Below, in pieces: positions 62,529 to 64,000 of a stretch of DNA of 64,000 nt. Within the stretch, counting starts at the first letter, position 1; every line of letters starts with the position of its first letter. A program made the translations under genes and the position numbers. The notes below the pieces were generated by a model. The model worked only from the letters and a program-made list of their open reading frames with translations, did not search any database and was not told the origin of the DNA. The DNA is from Camelus dromedarius (taxonomy: Eukaryota): positions 2,108,001 through 2,172,000 of the forward strand of contig NC_087472.1 of assembly GCF_036321535.1 (NCBI RefSeq). Reading direction: 5' to 3'.

Positions 62529-64000
62529 AATAATATTAAATAAGCTTCAGTATCTTAGTTTGTGAATGATATTGATTATACACGTACTGGTACTTAGGCA
62601 GCCCAAGACTGAGTTTTGCTATTTTGTAAAACAAATTGGGAAAGTTTCCATCATACTGTGTCATGCCAAAGTAGGTAACACCGCATCGGAATAGAAATTT
62701 ACTTGGAAATGTGAGAGTGATCAGCACTAAAATCGGTGGGGTCAAGAAAGAGAGAAGTAAAAGTAAACGATAGGTAATTATTGGCTCCTTATCCCTTTTC
62801 TTCTGTCAGTCTATAAAATTATAATTATGTGTGTATAACCTGGATTTGTCTGGCTTAGTTAAGAAAGTAGGAGAAAATCAACCTGGATCAGTAGGATCCC
62901 TGCTCACCATCTCAGTTCATCCGCAGACGTTCACCGAGCCTCTCCTCTCTGGAGGGCTCGGTGTTAGCAGTGGGGACACTCGGAAAAGCAGGACAGCCCA
63001 CACCTAGGATAGTCTAGGAGCCGCAGTCACATCGGGAAGTTGGTGAAAGGTCTCCTAAGTCCCATAGGGCAAATAAAAATAGGGCGAGGGGGTGGGGGTC
63101 CGGGAGAGAGCACCCAAGTGTAAGTGCCCAGCGCCAGGGCAGTTCGGGGCTTTGGGAAGCTGGGGGGGAGGTCCTTCTGTGGGAGGTGATGGTAATGAAG
63201 CTGGGTGGTGGCGGCAGGCAGACGTGCAGACGGCGCTTGTTAGTGGTGAGAGGAACGTGTCAGGTGGGAGATTGCTCTGAGAAGTCCCTCTGGGATCGTG
63301 GATACATCTCCTGGGCGAGGGGGGAAGGTGTACTTTGTTCAGGGATGCTTAGAGACCTGGTTATCCTGCCTGAGCTGCTAGGACACTCAGAATGCTCCAA
63401 CTGCAGGGAGGAGTGGCGTTTGACGTGGCTCACAGTGTACTCCGTCCTGGCATATATAGTTGAAGAGGTTTGGTAACCGCCCCAAACTTGGGGTAGGATT
63501 TACTGGGGTGTGTTCTTGGAAACGGTCTGCTGGACACTTACACTGATGGGTCAGCTCCCCTCGATGGTCAGAATCCAAAGCCATAGATGAGGAATGGTCC
63601 TGGACATCGCAGGGAGGAAACACCCACCGAGGCTGAATTCCAAACAGGGAATCCACCTCCGGCCCTCCCGACAGCCCTGGGAGACCCCCGGGCACGGGGT
63701 CCGGATGTGACGGGCGCTGATGCCCCCTCCCTGGGGGGTGAGAGAGGTGAGGGCCTGGGTGAGGGAGGCCGGCTTCAGGTCTGCACAGGGAAGGAGCCCA
63801 GCGCTGCCAGGAGTCAAGGTAGAACCGTGTGGAGGGACTCGGGTTGCAGGGAATCCAGGTCGGTTCTGCTGTCAGCCCTGGGAGACCGCAGGCAGGGTTG
63901 CGGGGATCAGTGCCCCAACCCCCACCCCCGCTTCCCTCTCGGGGGTCCTGGCTGTGGAGGGGCCTGGGTCCAAGGGGAGCAAACTGAGGTGGGCAGAGGG

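Larger units (their letters stand above)
34758..64000 (+). repeat. Head-to-tail tandem array of ~7-kb MAGE-A units (34758-42023, 42024-49292, 49293-56747, 56748-63647, partial from 63648)
   Basis: The anchor ggaatccacctccgg recurs at 34758, 42024, 49293, 56748 and 63648. Unit lengths are 7266, 7269, 7455 and 6900. ORF patterns are the same in each unit. Confidence 0.97.

Overview
Placental-mammal genomic DNA. The PNMA3/PNMA5/MAGE-A gene content points to the region equivalent to human Xq28. I saw no Alu, B1, PRE-1, Bov-tA or Can-SINE elements, and one L1 tail resembles camelid L1, so the species guess is tentative. 1-14 kb is mostly old repeats (L2, MIR, MER5A, L1, an ERV1-type solo LTR), plus one GC-rich candidate spliced ORF at 7.3-8.3 kb. 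14.5-17.1 kb is a multiply disabled PNMA3 pseudogene that keeps a CpG island and splice sites. 19.6-25.6 kb is an intact Gag-derived PNMA5 (444 aa). Its 3' end carries an in-frame G_GGA_AAC slippery heptamer and a predicted H-type pseudoknot, followed by a 206-codon open -1 frame, which predicts a 638-aa transframe protein. A decayed homologue of this -1 ORF lies behind the PNMA3 relic. 26-34 kb is nested L1 and LTR debris. From 34758 to the end is a head-to-tail array of at least 4.05 near-identical ~7-kb units. Each unit has a stack of alternative first-exon modules with a 186-bp VNTR (4/4/5/2 copies), a MAGE-A (MAGEA10-like) ORF whose ancestral ATG reads GTG, and an antisense L1 splitting the 3' UTR. 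The N-runs look like hard-masked real sequence, not assembly gaps. No rRNA, tRNA or CRISPR features were found.
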